Shown here piece after piece: positions 24,007 through 38,127 of a stretch of 64,000 nucleotides of DNA. The first letter of the stretch is position 1; every line of letters begins with the position of its first letter. The translations under genes and the position numbers were made by a program. This DNA comes from Eledone cirrhosa (taxonomy: Eukaryota): assembly GCA_964016885.1 (NCBI GenBank), contig OZ024741.1, positions 88,412,001-88,476,000 of the forward strand, in the 5' to 3' direction. Under the pieces are notes generated by a model. It saw only the letters and a program-made list of their open reading frames with translations, was not told the origin of the DNA and did not search any database.

Positions 24007-26590
24007 GATCAGAGGAGACCTACCTTGAGGAGAAGAATATGGAAATTGAAGGACCCCATAGCCAGTGACAAATTTAAAAGCTTATTACTTGATGCCTTTG
24101 ACAATAAGGAAGAGCATTTAGAGACGTGCGATATAGAGGAACAGTGGCAATTCTTGAAAGTGAACCTGCTGAAAGCAACGGATGAAATCTGTGGCTGGAG
24201 CAGACCAATTGGCAGGAGGAGAGTAACTTGGTGGTGGAACAGTAAGGTAGAAGAGACAATCAAGGCCAAAAGCAGGCTTGGAAAGTATGGCAGGATGGGG
24301 GAAGTAGCGAGCACTATCAAGTGGCCAGGAGAGAAGCTAGGAGACAAGTGTACCTTGCACAAATGGAAGCAGAGGAAAGAAAGTTCAAGCATGTTCTACA
24401 ACATGAGGACCAAAAACGCGAGGTGTTCAGGATTGCTAGACAATGTGTCAAGGAAAACCGTGATATTGTCGGGGAGAAGTGTGTCCGTAATGATAAAGGT
24501 GTACTTGCCCTCACTGATGCTGATAAGAAGATAGCCTGGAAGTGTCACTACGAGAGACTATTAAATGAAGAGAATAAGTGGGAAAAAGATAGTCTGCCCC
24601 AAATCGATCCAATAGAAGGACCAGCGGTGCAAGTTAAAGATAGTATAATAAGTAAGGCAATCAAAGATATGAAGACAGGCAAGGCAGCTGGGCCTTCAGA
24701 GATAGTTGCTGAGATGTTGAAGGCATCTGGAATGGTGGGACATACTATGGTCACCCGTCTAGTTAACCAAGTAATACAGAATGGGGTCATACCAAAAGAA
24801 TGGCGTAGCAGCATCATCATTAACTGCTACAAGGGTAAAGGAGATGCTCTAGATAGAGGAAACTATAGAGGCATTAAGTTAGTTGACCAGGTCATGAAGG
24901 TCACAGAAAGAGTTATAGCACAACTAATCAGAGAGCGAATTGATCTAGATGAAATGTAGTTGGGTTTGTGTCAGGTAAAAGTACCACAAACACTCTTTTC
25001 CTTGTACGACAACTACAAGAGAAGTACCTAGCTAAAAGTAAACCCCCTCTACTTAGCTTTTGTAGACCTGAAAAAAGCCTTTGACAGAGTCCCTCACTCC
25101 ATTATCTGGTGGGCTCTTAGAAAACTAGGTGTAGATGAATGGCTTGTGAAAGCTATACAAGCTATGTATAATGAAACAGTCAGTAAGGTTAGAATTAACA
25201 ATGAATATTGTGAAGAATTTAGTGTAAAAGTTGGTGTTCACCAAGGCTCTGTCCTTAACCCCCTCCTATTTATTATTGCCCTTCAGGCTATAACAGAGGA
25301 GTTCAAGACCAGCTGCTCATGGGAACTCCTATACGCAGATGCTGAACCAGAAAAGAAATTTCAAACATGGAAGCATGGCCTAGAATCAAAAGGCCTTAAA
25401 GTTAACTTGTCTAAGACTAAAGTCCTAGTTTGTAGAAAGGAAAATAAGGCACAGATACCCTCAGAGAAATGGCCTTGCTCAGTGTGTAGGAAAGGAGTAG
25501 GCAGAAATTTAATTTTATGTCCCAAATGCAAACTATGGTTACATAAAAGATGTAGTGGGATCACAGGTATACTATCTAAGAACGTAGACTTTATATGTGG
25601 CCGATGCTCAGGTGCAATAGGTAGCAAGTGTCCACAGGGTACTAGCCCCTTCTATTGCCCAGATGGTTCTATAGAAATAGTAGACACTTTCCGTTACCTG
25701 GGTGACGAAATCAGCAGTGGTGGAGGGTGTTCTGAAAGTACAGTAGCCAGAGTCAGAACTGGATGGAAAAAGTTCAGAGAGCTTATACCGCTGTTGGCCA
25801 CAAAAAGTTTCTCTCTAAAAATGGAAGGCAGATTGTATGATGCTTGTATACGAACAGCAATGCTACATGGCAGTGAGACATGGGCATTATGTGCAGAGGA
25901 CCTGCATAGACTGGAAAGGAACGAAGCATGCATGCTCCGTTGGATGTGTAATAGTAATATACGTGAACGGCAAAGCATAAATGAACTAAGTGAGAAATTA
26001 GGAATAAGAGGGATCAGATGCTGTTTACTCGAGAGAAGACTACATTGGTATGGCCACGTGATGTGCATGAAAGACGACAGCTGTATAAAAAAGTGCAGGG
26101 CGATCAAAATTGATGGTAGTTACGGAGTAGGTAGACCCATAAAAACCTGGGACGATCTGATAAATTCCGACCTTACACACTTGCACCTCTCTAAGACAAT
26201 GTCACTGGACCGAGATCTTCGGCGCTACGCAGTAATACAGAAGACCCACCTTGCTTATGTACAAAGCGAAACCTAGTCAGTAGGCACCTCTTAACCAAAT
26301 ATACACCCCAATCCACTACCCCTACCCTATCCTCCCACTCCCACAAACACCACCCTCTCTCTATAAAGTTGGTACCACAACATCCAGTCCAAATAAATGA
26401 GATAATGAGATCGAGATCGTATAGGTGTCACGAGAAAAAAACACACAGTCCACACTGTAATGTGGCCGTGTAGGTAACACGGTAAAAAGTTCCCAGTTTC
26501 ACACTGTAAATGTGGTTGGTGTTAGGAAGGGCATCCAGCCGTAGAAACCAAGCTAGAATCAGTTCTGTATAAGCAAGACGTGGTTATCTG
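24007..26590 (+). mobile_element. 5'-truncated RTE LINE with frameshifts and a deletion in the YADD motif
   Basis: ORFs 23887-24534, 24321-24959 and 25146-26276 are colinear with 47682-49721; LYADAEPEKK versus LYADDLTLIAESMAELEKK. Confidence 0.95.
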
Positions 26591-27382
26591 ATCTGGCTAG
26601 TCTCACTATGTAATAACAGAAGAAGAAGAAGAAGAAGAAGAATGAATGAATGAATGAATGAATGAATGGAATAAACATTTGGTTTCGTTATCAAAGGTAA
26701 GCAACATTGGTGCTAAAGATTAGCACTCAATGAGCCATGCCTATGACACTGATTTGATTCCCTGTTGTTATGATTTCACATCACTTAGATTGTTAATGTA
26801 CTAAAAAAAGGCAATAAACATCATAATTTCACATTTGTCTCCCTCAAAAGATTGATGCATCACAGTAAAGAGAAATTGGTCAATTTCTTTTTTTTATTAG
26901 ATGAACACAGTGTAGTCAAAAAGTACACTTTGCAACTATGTGGTTTTAAGTTGATTCTATTGGGCTTAATGTCTTCTAACATAATCTCTAGGGGACTAAA
27001 AAATTGTAAGTGAAATTTGGTGGATGGAAACTGTGTAGAAAACTGTTACATGCCACCCACCCCCTCCTCACCTAACCCTGTTTTTTGTGTTGTAAATTTA
27101 ATGTTATCTGGTTTAACATCATCACCAAGCCCTTAGTTCACTCTGTTATAATCATTCATGCTAGTCTAAGGATAAATTATACCCTTTCTCATCTCAGTTA
27201 CAGAAACTCTAAAATAAATCATGGGCACTGTCCCTCCTCTTCTGACAAAACCATTAAAACAAAAAAAGATATAAGTTGCCAGAGAACTGATTATGGCAGT
27301 GGACTGGTGTTCCAGACAAAATTCCTTGCAGTATTTAGTTATTGCCCTATGACATCAAGTAACCTATAATATCTTTATATGC

Positions 27383-27502
27383 GATCTAATGATCTATACC
27401 AAAAATATTCACAATGTTGAGAAATGGCTAGATTTAGTAACATTTTCAATTGATACAGTGATGGAATTTGGCCAAAAGAAATGTTCATATTTGATAGTTG
27501 AA
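27383..27502 (+). pseudogene. R4/Dong-like LINE RT remnant
   Basis: Reads DLMIYTKNIHNVEKWLDLVTFSIDTVMEFGQKKCSYLIVE, resembling DDLKLY...FS-DI-MEFG--KC of R4-clade RTs. Confidence 0.6.
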
Positions 27503-28147
27503 TACTGAAAAACTGCTTCCCACACCCAATGAATGGCCTCTCGATGATGAGGATTGGCAGAATCATTAGAGAGTTGGATAAAGTGCTCGGTGGTATTTGT
27601 TCAGGCTCTATACATTCTGAATTCAAATCCCTTCAAGGTCAACTTTACCTTTCATCATTCTCAGGTCGATAAAAAAAATATCAGTTGTGTCGTGATTTGA
27701 GGGTTCTCTCAACCCTGTTTGGCATTGATATTCATCATGTCCATAAACCCATCAATACATCCATATTCAATAGCGTCATCCTACACTGTTAACCATTCAT
27801 TCTCTCTCCTTCATGAAACCCAACTGTCCACTAATAATCTCATGATTAATTTTTTGTAATAGAGATATACGCTTAAAAAAAGTTATCATATTACATCTAT
27901 TGTCCATGGTCACATGGGTTGGACAGGTTTTCACAGTTCACGACTAGAGCAGTTGAAGAATCACCTCATGCTCAGACATTCCATAAATTTAAAAAATAGT
28001 ACCATTAGTTTTCTTGTAACAAATGATAGTTATTGTAAAGAAGCTACTTTAGAATTGGTAACTTGAGCTCTTTCATTTTCTACAGCAAAAAAATATACAA
28101 ACCTCCCCTTTTATATATATAGATAAACACACACATGCACACTGCAA

Positions 28148-28370
28148 GAGATGTCAACATGAATGAACCTGTTATTTTTATTTAAAGACATTTTTTCCAA
28201 TTCCATCCTGCCTGTCCCCTCAATCTATCTTATTTCTCATTCTTTCTTCTGATGAAGGACTAGTGTCCGAAACGTTAAGAACCTCTTCTTGCTATATCAA
28301 GCATTAACCTAATATACCCCTTCCATATACTGTACCGATTGTGTTGTTATTTCTGTTTACCTTTTACATA
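28148..28370 (+). mobile_element. Solo Penelope-like pLTR (family copies at 33480-33715 +, 39720-39960 -, 50090-50312 -)
   Basis: Four alignable copies of about 220 bp, each with a hammerhead motif and microsatellite flanks; the 39.7-kb copy lies downstream of a GIY-YIG ORF. Confidence 0.8.
28244..28281 (+). ncRNA. Minimal hammerhead ribozyme, intact core
   Basis: TTCTT-CTGATGA-A-GGAC TAGT GTCC-GAAA-CG-TT-AAGAA; palindromic ACGT stem III; predicted cleavage after 28276. Confidence 0.8.
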
Positions 28371-28729
28371 CATAAATATATATATATATATATATTCCTG
28401 GATACCCGCAAAAGAGCACAGGAATTCTGGCTTTCACTTAATAATTCTTGCGAAACAGATTTAGGTCTGTCTGGGTATCAAAGGCAGTTGCCCGATATAG
28501 GTTTGTTGTTTTTATTGATTTATTACTTTAAATCGAGTCAGGCAAACCATATTGTTTTAAATTAGTATTTTTTCAACCTAGCTAACTTGGTCATTTGCAA
28601 TTGGAACACATGTATACTTATATTTCTGTTCATCCCTCTCATATATTCAATTGTATAACACGGCTCGGAAAGATTCCCTTCTTTGAGCTATTTAATTGTA
28701 AAAGACTATTTTGAGTTTCTAACTCAATC

Positions 28730-28822
<93 letters not shown>

Positions 28823-28943
28823 TAATTGTAAACAATGAGATTGAAATCACTGGATATCGATCTAAACCCTTATTATATATATATATATATGTATATATGT
28901 CAAATGCCCCCCACCGACTAACCCTTGTATATATATATATATA

Positions 28944-30427
28944 CTGGGTGTACCAGCAAAATTGTCCAAATTTTAGATTCATCTTTGAACCTTTGTATCT
29001 CAGGAATGCTTAAAGATAACTTAATGGAATTGTCAGGGGGCTTTCTAACACCATTGGACTCTACTTTGAGTAAGAAAAATACTGATTACCCTCCAAGCTA
29101 ACCAGAAGAATTTGTGATGAAGTTGATCACGGACGAAAATGACATTTTCATAAATAATTAACCACACCTCGGGATTGCGAGCTCATAAATGATTGGAATA
29201 AAGTTTGAATGGAAACTTAAAGTTTTATTCCAAAGTGCCAGATACAATCCTGGCCGAAATTCTACCTGTTAGGCATCAATAGTTGCTCCTCTTTTGGCAA
29301 TGTCTTCCTCAACCCTCTTTCTGACTGCACCACAAGCTATCTTAATGAATTCCTCATCAATGTCCTCCTCCTATGTCTTACAGATGGAGATTAGATTTGA
29401 GGGCTTGCAGTTTAATTTGGGGCTTCTCACAAGCTTTTCCGACCAGTTCATTCTAAATGCTGAAGTTTAATGGGATCAAATCAGGTGATGAAGGGGGCCA
29501 ATTGTCCTTATCCCAAACTCACCCCTGAGAAATTCTTGAGCCACTGCACTTGTGTGACAAGGAGCTCCATCTTGCTGGAATCTAAACTTGAATTCCTTAG
29601 CGATCTTTTTGGGGTTTCCCTTGTCTCTTGCCTCAAGATATTCAGAAAGCATCCAGGTCTCTACACCTTTCAGTCTCTCAGCCTTCTCAAGTATGATCAA
29701 TGGCATCTTCTTGCCACGCATGCAAAAATTATCAGTTTGGCAGGGTTTTTGCACCTGAAAATGACAGTTTTGTCTCTCTTGTGAGAATCTGAAGCCTGAA
29801 CATGGCGGTTGTGTCTGTTTGTGTGCGTTTCTTGGGTGAAATTCTTGTGTCATCTGTGTAAAAGATCACTCCAGGATTATGTTTCACTTTATTCAAGATG
29901 ATCTTCGCCCTCTCCAACGTTCTAACCCTTTGTCCTGGAGTAACACAGTGCCTCATAGGTCTCACGTACAATTTTATTTTCAAGTCTTCTGTCACTGCTC
30001 TTTGAACTGTCATAGCTGAAACTACTCCCTCATGAACCAAGCGACTTATGGATTGAGTAGTATCTCTTCTTATTGATCTCTCTTATTGAGCTCCAGATTG
30101 AAATGATGATCCCTCTTGCGGTTATGACGTCCTGATCCAGTTTTCTTCTCCACTATCTTTCTCAAACTTATTCACAATTCTCTTGATGGTTCTTCATTGC
30201 TCAGTTCCTCAGCTGCTCAACAGTTGGGAAGACATTGTGAGGCTGACACAAAATGATTTCAGCCTGTTCCCTTTCTAGCTAAATATTTCAATAGGTATTT
30301 CACTGATACTTGCAAAATCTGGTGTCAGTATGACAAAATGTGTTATGTGGAAACATGGAAAATTATAAATCAATTAGTTTATTGGTTTAAAAATTTGTGA
30401 GTGTGACAATTTTGCTGTTACACCTGG
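28944..30427 (-). mobile_element. Tc1/mariner (ITm) transposon with decayed transposase
   Basis: TIRs CTGGGTGTACCAGCAAAATTGTC / GACAATTTTGCTGTTACACCTGG flanked by TA; ORFs with VSAMTVQRAV...IFYTDD and FQQDGAPCHTS. Confidence 0.9.
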
Positions 30428-30587
30428 TATATATATATATATATATATATATGCAAAAGTTTTATTTAAAATGTTGGGTTACAACGAGTAAATATTTTAT
30501 AACTGATATAAAAGCACTCAACAGGTTTTGGAGTATTTTTATTTAATTTCCATTTGTTTAATATCGTATATATATATATATATATAT

Positions 30588-30624
<37 letters not shown>

Positions 30625-30899
30625 AGTTCTACAACAAATTAATAAACCTTACTTGAGGACACATGTTTCACCCAAAGGATTCGTCAACTTATGTATAGTT
30701 ACAGCTAGATTGGAAGTATTTTTTTAAGCTAGCCGGATTAAGTATGGACGTGAGTTGTTGATTCTGTGACAAGGGAGGTAACTTGAGTATGATTATTGTA
30801 GAGGGACAACTTTAGAAGAATGATCACTTGTGATAGTTCAGCCTGGGTTAATCTTCTGGTTATCCTGGGTCCATCCAGTTACACAATAGATATTTTGCT

Positions 30900-31456
30900 A
30901 ACAATGAATATAGTGAAGAATTTAGCATTAACGTAGGTGTTCATCAAGGCTCCGTCCTTACGACAGCTGTATAAAAAAGTGCAGGGCGATCAAAATTGAT
31001 GGAAGTTACAGAGTAGGTAGACCCAGAAAAACCTGGGACAACATGATAAAATCCGACCTTGCACACTTACACCTCTCTAAGACAATGTCACTGGATCGAG
31101 ATCTTTGGCGCCGCACAGTAATACAGAAGGCCCGCCTTCCCTACCTGCAAAGTTAACCTACAGTCAGTAGGCCCCTCCTAACCAAATATACACCCCAACC
31201 CACTACCCCATCTTCCCACTCCCACCAACACCACCCTTTCTTTCTAAAGTTGGTACCACAACATCCAGTCCAAACTAAATAGGTTGTGTAGGTGTCATGA
31301 CAAAAAAAAAACACAGTCCAACCATAGAAAACCTGACAGATACAATTCTATACGAGTGAAACATGGTCACCCAATCAATCTTGCCTCAAGTGGGACAATT
31401 CCCATCTAACCCATGCTAGCGTGGAAGATAGACGTTAAACGATGATGATGATGATG
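30900..31456 (+). mobile_element. RTE LINE fragment with large internal deletion
   Basis: NNEYSEEFSINVGVHQGSVL joined directly to DSCIKKCRAIKIDGSYRVGRPRKTW; 3' UTR and (GAT)n. Confidence 0.87.
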
Positions 31457-32019
31457 AGGGCAGTGATTTTTAAAAATCAGCTCTCGTGTTAAGGCAAGCG
31501 CTGTTACATAACCTCAATAAGATATCTGTTCCTTCATCATGTATGTATGGTTTTCATTTTCTGAGGATTTTCCATTGGATGGAGAAATTCATGCCCACAT
31601 CCCTGATATATATATATGGAGGCACATGGCTTTGTGGTTAAAGCACATCGAAAGGTTGTGAGTTCAATTCTCAGACTGGGTGATGTGTTTTTCCTTGAGT
31701 AAGACATTTTATTTCACATTGCTCCAGTTTACTCAGCTGTAGAAATGAAATGATAGGGACTAGGGTCCCTATCATTCCACTGCAAAGTGGTCGTGTAGGC
31801 ACCACAGAAAAAAAGCACCCAGCACTCACTGTAAATGAGGTTGGTGTTAGGAAGGGCATCCAGCTGTAGAAATCAAGCGAGAATCAGTTCCCGTCCCACC
31901 CTTGCAAGCAGGGAAAAGCGGACGTAAAATGATGATGATATATTAAATATATAAAATAGATATATTTGTTCAAGAATATTGTTTTCTCTAACATTTAATT
32001 TATATATATACATATATAT

Positions 32020-32153
32020 ATGGAATAGAATGAAACGAAATTTCATTTTTCACTCTTCGATATATGTATGTACGTATACATACATACATACTTACATTTA
32101 AGTAACTGCCGTACTAAGAGTGAGAAATGAAATTTCGTTTCATTCTATTCCAT
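32020..32153. repeat. Inverted repeat, 38-bp arms
   Basis: ATGGAATAGAATGAAACGAAATTTCATTTTTCACTCTT / AAGAGTGAGAAATGAAATTTCGTTTCATTCTATTCCAT. Confidence 0.9.
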
Positions 32154-32273
32154 TTATCGTTTTCGGTGCGCCCAACCGACTAAACTCACCCGATATGCAA
32201 ATTAGGCTGCTCAGCCGTTAATATGCATAAGGAAAGTATATACTTTCAGACTTCCATCTGGCAGGAAGGGATA

Positions 32274-32314
32274 CGATGCTGACGATAGCTAATAAGCTTG
32301 AAACTAGTACATCG
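32274..32314 (+). ncRNA. Minimal hammerhead ribozyme, intact core
   Basis: CGATG-CTGACGA-T AGCT AATA AGCT T-GAAA-CTAG-TA-CATCG; palindromic ACTAGT stem III; GUA site ending at 32309. Confidence 0.8.
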
Positions 32315-33393
32315 CTCCTGTGTCAGTGTTGAACAAAAAGGTGACGTGGTTGCCTAAACACTGTACGGCGTAATTCGGGCTGTTTATTTGTTTACAAACA
32401 AACCGAGCATTATAATAAATGTTCGGTAAACCGATACGTGCATATATATATGTGTGCATGTATGTATATATATACATACTACTGTACGTCTGTATACATA
32501 TATGTATGTACGTATACATACTTACATCATCATTCATCATTTCATTTTACGTCCGCTTTTCCCTGCTTGCAAGGGTGGGACGGGAACTGATACTGGCTTG
32601 ATTTCTACAGCTGGATGCCCTTCCTAACACCAACCTCATTTACAGTGAGTGCTGGGTGCTTTTTTGCCGTGGCACCTACACGACCACTTTGCAGTGGAAT
32701 GATAAGGACCTCAGTCCCTATCATCTCATTTCTACAGCTGAGTAAACTGGAGCAATGTGAAATAAAGTGTCTTGCTCAAGGAAACAACACACCACCCGGT
32801 CTGAGAATTGAACTCACAACCTTTCGATTGCAAGGCCAATGCTCTAACCACTAAGCCATGTGTATATATATATTTGGTACCCACACACACATGAATACAG
32901 ACAGTCATACAAGCTTATGCGTGCACACATGCATAAACACACACACAAACTAATACCTGCATAAACTCACACATACTAATAACATTCACAAACACACATA
33001 AATACATAAAAAGATTGACAAACACACACATGGATACACACACATGCACACTTTCATCAACAATATTCCAAATATGCACACACGTAACAGTACCTATGAG
33101 ACACCTGGACTCTCCACTTAGCCCCCACCCTACACACCAGACTTATCACCTACCCTACCCCTCACCCATTTTAAATAAGTTTTTTTAATTTTTCTTTCTC
33201 AAACCTTCCAACCTCCGTATTCCTAACATCCTCTGTCTCTCTAAACTTTGCTCTTTCCTGATAAAAGACATATCTGATACGTTCAGACATTATTTTATTT
33301 CTTTTTTCTTTATCTTCAATCCTAAGAAGACTTTGTGTTTTTGCATCTCTGTGTTTGTCTCATTCATTCTTGAATTCTTCCTCTCTCTCTCTC

Positions 33394-33442
<49 letters not shown>

Positions 33443-33739
33443 CTGATTTTCTTATACAATGCCAGAATCAACAGTTTTAAGAGATGGCAACTTGAATAGA
33501 CCTGTTTTTTTCTCAAAGAAACTTTTTTCATTTCTGCCACTGCCTAATCTCCTCTATCTTACTATTTTTTCTTTAATTTCTCATTCTATTTTCTGATGAA
33601 GGACTAGCATCCAAAATATTAAGACCCTTTTCCTACTCTATCAAGCGTAAAACTAATAATATTTCTTCAATGTACTGTGACGTTTGCTTTGTTATTTCTG
33701 TTTGCCTTTTGCATTAATATATATATGTAAGTATATATA

Positions 33740-33934
33740 CGTGGGTAGGCTGAAAAGTTCATCGGCTGACTATGAAGGAGTGATGCTAGAGCTGTGAAAT
33801 CTTGCTTGCATTAATTTTAACACTTGTTATTAATAACTGCATTGATTCTTTCCAGGAACTATGTTGAAAAATAAACCTCATTTGGGCATTCCATGAGAGT
33901 ATCATTAGCCTATGAACTTTTCATCCAACCCTCG
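33740..33934. mobile_element. Mariner-derived MITE
   Basis: About 28-bp TIRs CGTGGGTAGGCTGAAAAGTTCATCGGCT / AGCCTATGAACTTTTCATCCAACCCTCG; TA on the left. Confidence 0.8.
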
Positions 33935-34962
33935 ACATCCTGCAGGCTATAACAGAGGAGTTTAAGACTGGCTGTCCATGAGAACTCTTGCGGGCAGATG
34001 ACCTAACCCTTATAGCTACCTCTATGGCTGAATTAGAGAAGAAATTGCAAACCTGGAAGCATGGCCTAAAGTGAAAAGGTCTTAAAGTTAACTTGTCAAA
34101 GTCCATAGTCCTAGTATACAGAAAGAAAAACAGGGCCCAGATTCTCCCAGGGAAATGGCCTTGCTCAGTGTGAAAAAAAGGAGAAGGTAGAAAGTCCATC
34201 CTGTATGCCAAATGCAAACTATGGATACACAAGAGATGTAGTCAGATTTCAGGCAGGCTAACAAAGAACATAGGTTTTACATGTTACCGATGCACAGGAA
34301 CAGTAAGTAGCAAGAGCTCACAGGATACAAACTCCTTCAAATGCCCAGAGGGTTCAGTAGTAGATAGTTTCTCTTACCTAGGTGACCAAATTAGCAGTGG
34401 AGAAGGGTGTTCTGAAAGCACAGTAGCCAGAGTGAGAACAGGTTGGAGAAAGTTCAGGGAGTTACTACCGCTGCTAACTACAAAAGGTTTTTCCCTCAAA
34501 ATGAAGGGCAGATTGTATGATGCATGTATACGAACTGCACTGTGTGCAGAGGACCTGTGAAGATTGGAAAGAAATTAAGCTTCCATATGCAGGGGTTGTG
34601 ACATACATCTAGTATATGGCACCTTCCCTCCCATCACTCCTCCCACGTTGTAATCATCCCACCCACGTCCTAACTCTACCTCCCCAATCCCCACATATCT
34701 CACCCACCCAAGTCCCAATTCCACACTATAAAGTCGTTACTTAGTGCCATGACAAAATACGCCCAGTCCACAATGTGAAGTGAAGTGGTCATGTAGGTAT
34801 CATGACAAAAAACACCCAGTCCACACAGTAAAGTGGCTCGCGTTAGAAAGCCAAAATCAGTTCTGTGTGAGCAAAACACGACCCACCGACTTGGCTTCTC
34901 TCACATTGGGACAGCTTGTCTAACCCATGCTAACGTGGAAAATGAATGTTAGATGATGATGA
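33935..34962 (+). mobile_element. Degraded RTE LINE (RT, PHD-like insert, 3' UTR)
   Basis: LQAITEEFKTGCP*ELLRADDLTLIA...WPCSV*...CKLWIHKRCS; (GAT)n tail. Confidence 0.88.
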
Positions 34963-34988
34963 AACACACATATATATATATATACATA

Positions 34989-35823
34989 TCTATATATCTA
35001 AACAGAGAATGTTTGTCTGTGTGTCTGTCCCCCTAAAACTCGAGAACCACCCAACCAATTTACACATCTAATACTTATAGTCGTGTGAGTATTTTGAGCA
35101 AAAAATATTTCAAATTTTCAATGCCCTAGGGACCGCATTAAGCGTAAAACCGCATATTTTAGGCTTTAAAGGCTTTTTTGAGTCATAACGGAACAATAAT
35201 CCAGGCGATTTCTTCAAAATTTGCATTACTTATGTCGTTTAAAGTATTTTGATCAAAAAAGATTTTCTCGTTTTTTGACCCACAGACCGCATTAGACGAA
35301 AAACCGATTTTTTAAAGCATTTTGGTTGCATTAAGGCCTGTAACTCGAGAAGTACCCAACCAATTTTTTTTTAACTTTGCATATGCATTACTTATGTTTC
35401 ACAAATTTTCTTGACTGAAAAAGATTTCAAATTTTTGCCCAGGGACCACATTGTTTAGCATTTTGGTTGCGTTAGGGCTTGTAACCTTAAAAGTATCCAA
35501 CTAAATTCCTTCATGCTCTCCACCACTGCAGTCCCGCATGCTTACTGCTCTGTACCATAGCATAACAAATACATGTTCGGTTTGTTGAATGCCTTTTTAC
35601 TTAACCCTATCGTCTTGGCTTTCGTGGGTTGAACATTTTACTCTCAGGCACCCAATTAAGTTAAACCCCTGGTAATCTACGACAAAGTTTTTTTATAAGC
35701 ACAAAATGTAGACACCATCCCCAGGCTGAGGTATTCCATACTTCTCTGTACTGTTTCAGAAAGGAGTGATAAACATGCCAATCTATGTTTAGAATCCCGA
35801 GCAACACTGGGTCATTCTGCTAG
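34989..35823 (+). mobile_element. Non-autonomous Helitron
   Basis: 5' A|TCTATATATCTAAA; subterminal hairpin CCCGAGCAACACTGGG; 3' CTAG|T; internal diverged repeats (CCCAACCAATTT, GACCGCATTA). Confidence 0.8.
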
Positions 35824-35829
35824 TATATA

Positions 35830-35949
35830 TGCAGTTGTTGAAAATAATGGTGATTATATTCTTGATTAAAATGATTCAGATGAACTTAGTTTATATTCGT
35901 TTTTATATCCTTTCTGGAAAAACACAATTACTTTCCAAACACTCTAATA
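35830..35949 (+). mobile_element. Mariner 3' end remnant
   Basis: VVENNGDYILD* C-terminus followed by TIR-like CAATTACTTTCCAAACACTCTAATA. Confidence 0.6.
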
Positions 35950-36814
35950 TATATATGTGCCCAGTCCACGCTGTAAAGTGATCGTGTAGGTGTCACGACA
36001 AAAAGCACCCGGTCCACACTGTAAAGTGGTTGGCGTTAGGAGACACAGCAAAAAGCACCCAGCACACACTGTAAATGTGGTTGGCATTAGGAAGGGCATC
36101 CAGCCATAGAAAACCAGCTGGAAACAGTCCTATACGAGCAAGATACGGTCACCCAACCCAACTTGCCTCAAATGGAACAAACCTGTCTAATCCATGCTAG
36201 CAGGGCAGATAGACATTAAACGATGATGATGATATATATGTGTATATATATTTATTTATTTACAGAATTTATCGATGTTGCATTTGCATGAGAGCAATAC
36301 AAGTCAATTTATCTGATTTAGCAATATCATCATCATCACCATTTTACATCTGTTTTAGATGCTGGTATGACTTGGATGGGGCAGTAAATTGACAAAAGTC
36401 ATTAGAACACTGTATAGAATGTTTTGTGGTATTTATTTTGGCTCTCTGCAGACTGAGTTCAAATCCCACCAATGTCAACTTTCATAGTCAATTCTTCCTC
36501 TCTATCTCTTTCCCACTCTCTCTCTCTTTCAGTGCTGGGGATAGAAGCTTCAACAAGTTTTAAATGCACAAAAAACACTATATGTCATTGTGACGTGCCA
36601 ACAACTCCACCAGTAATTACGTGTCTGTACATACATACATAGGTGGATGGGTTGTCACAGTTTGAGGCTATATAGGTCACAGAACAACAATAGATGTACA
36701 TTCATGCATACATCTTTATATACTCTTGCTTCGGTCATTAATCTGCAGCCATGCTGGAGCACTGCTGTGATTTTGTCGACAGTCATATGTATACATATAT
36801 GTGTGTGTGTGGGG

Positions 36815-37166
36815 GTGGAGGCATGTGGCTTAATGGTTGGAGAGTTGGATTCACAATTGCAAGGTGGTGAGTTCAATTCCCTGACTAGGTAATGCATTGT
36901 GTCCTTGAGCAAGACAATTTATTTCATGTCACTTGAGTTCAGTGACCTGTAGAAATAATTTGCGACGTCACTGGTGCCAAGCTACATCGGCCTTTGCCTT
37001 TTCCTTGAACAACATTTGATGGTATGGAGAGTGGCGGGGGACTGGTATGCATGGGCAACTGCTGGCCTTCTACAAAAACATCTTGCTCGAGCTTGTGCTT
37101 CAGAGAGGAATTTTCTAAGTGTAAAACCCATGACCATTCATGACCGAAGCGGGGGTCTTTACCCTT
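36815..37166 (+). mobile_element. tRNA-derived SINE with alternative tail (second copy at about 54960-55300 -)
   Basis: TGGCTTAATGG A-box, GAGTTCAATTCC B-box, TGTCCTTGAGCAAGACA core; tail ends GGGGGTCTTTACCCTT. Confidence 0.8.
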
Positions 37167-38018
37167 ATATATATAAATATATAGATATGTGTGTATATAT
37201 ATATATCATTATCATCATTTAATGTCCATTCTCTCTGTTAGAAAAGGTTGGACAGGTCTTCACAGACCAAGTAAATATTCAAGCAAGGTTATATATATGT
37301 ATATATGACGCACTTTGCCAGTTTCCGTCTACCAACTTCCACTCACAAGGTATTTGCCCAAGATGCCATGCAGCAGGTCTAAAGACAGAATCACATGGCT
37401 GCAAAGTGAATTCTTTAACTACAAACCCATGCCACTTTTTTTTTCTTTGCAACGTTACTTCTGAATATGTGGGGGAGGGGGTTATCAAATTAAACCTTTA
37501 AACTCCAATCAGGTGAAGAAAACATGAATGCACCACGTGTGTATACATACATACACACACACATACATACATACATACACATACATACAGACACACACGC
37601 ATACATACATACACATACATACAGACACACACGCATACATACATACATACAAACATACATACATAGAAACATACATAGAAACCTGATATTGAGGGAGATT
37701 TTGTTGTACTTGGTAAAGTGGGTGGGTTTTAATTAAGATTTTATTTAATTGGATCTTTGTGGGTATTTTCGGTTTGTTGTAATCTAGTTGTTGGGTGGGG
37801 TTGTATATATACATACATACACACTCATACAAACATACATACACTCATACATACACACACACATATACATACTCATAGATACAAACATACGTACATACAT
37901 ACATACAAACATACATACAAACATACATAGTGCTGAATTGTTCTGTACCGACATGGTAACAAACATCAAGTTTCTTTGCCCATCCAAATTCCAAAGTTTT
38001 CTCGACAATCTATTGATG

Positions 38019-38064
<46 letters not shown>

Positions 38065-38127
38065 CATATATATATGTATATATATGTATATATATATATA
38101 TACATATACATACATACTTATATATAT

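Noticed and set aside
33250-33290. CTGATAA...GATACGTTC hammerhead-like string
   Set aside because: Two core mismatches and a poor stem I; too degenerate to call
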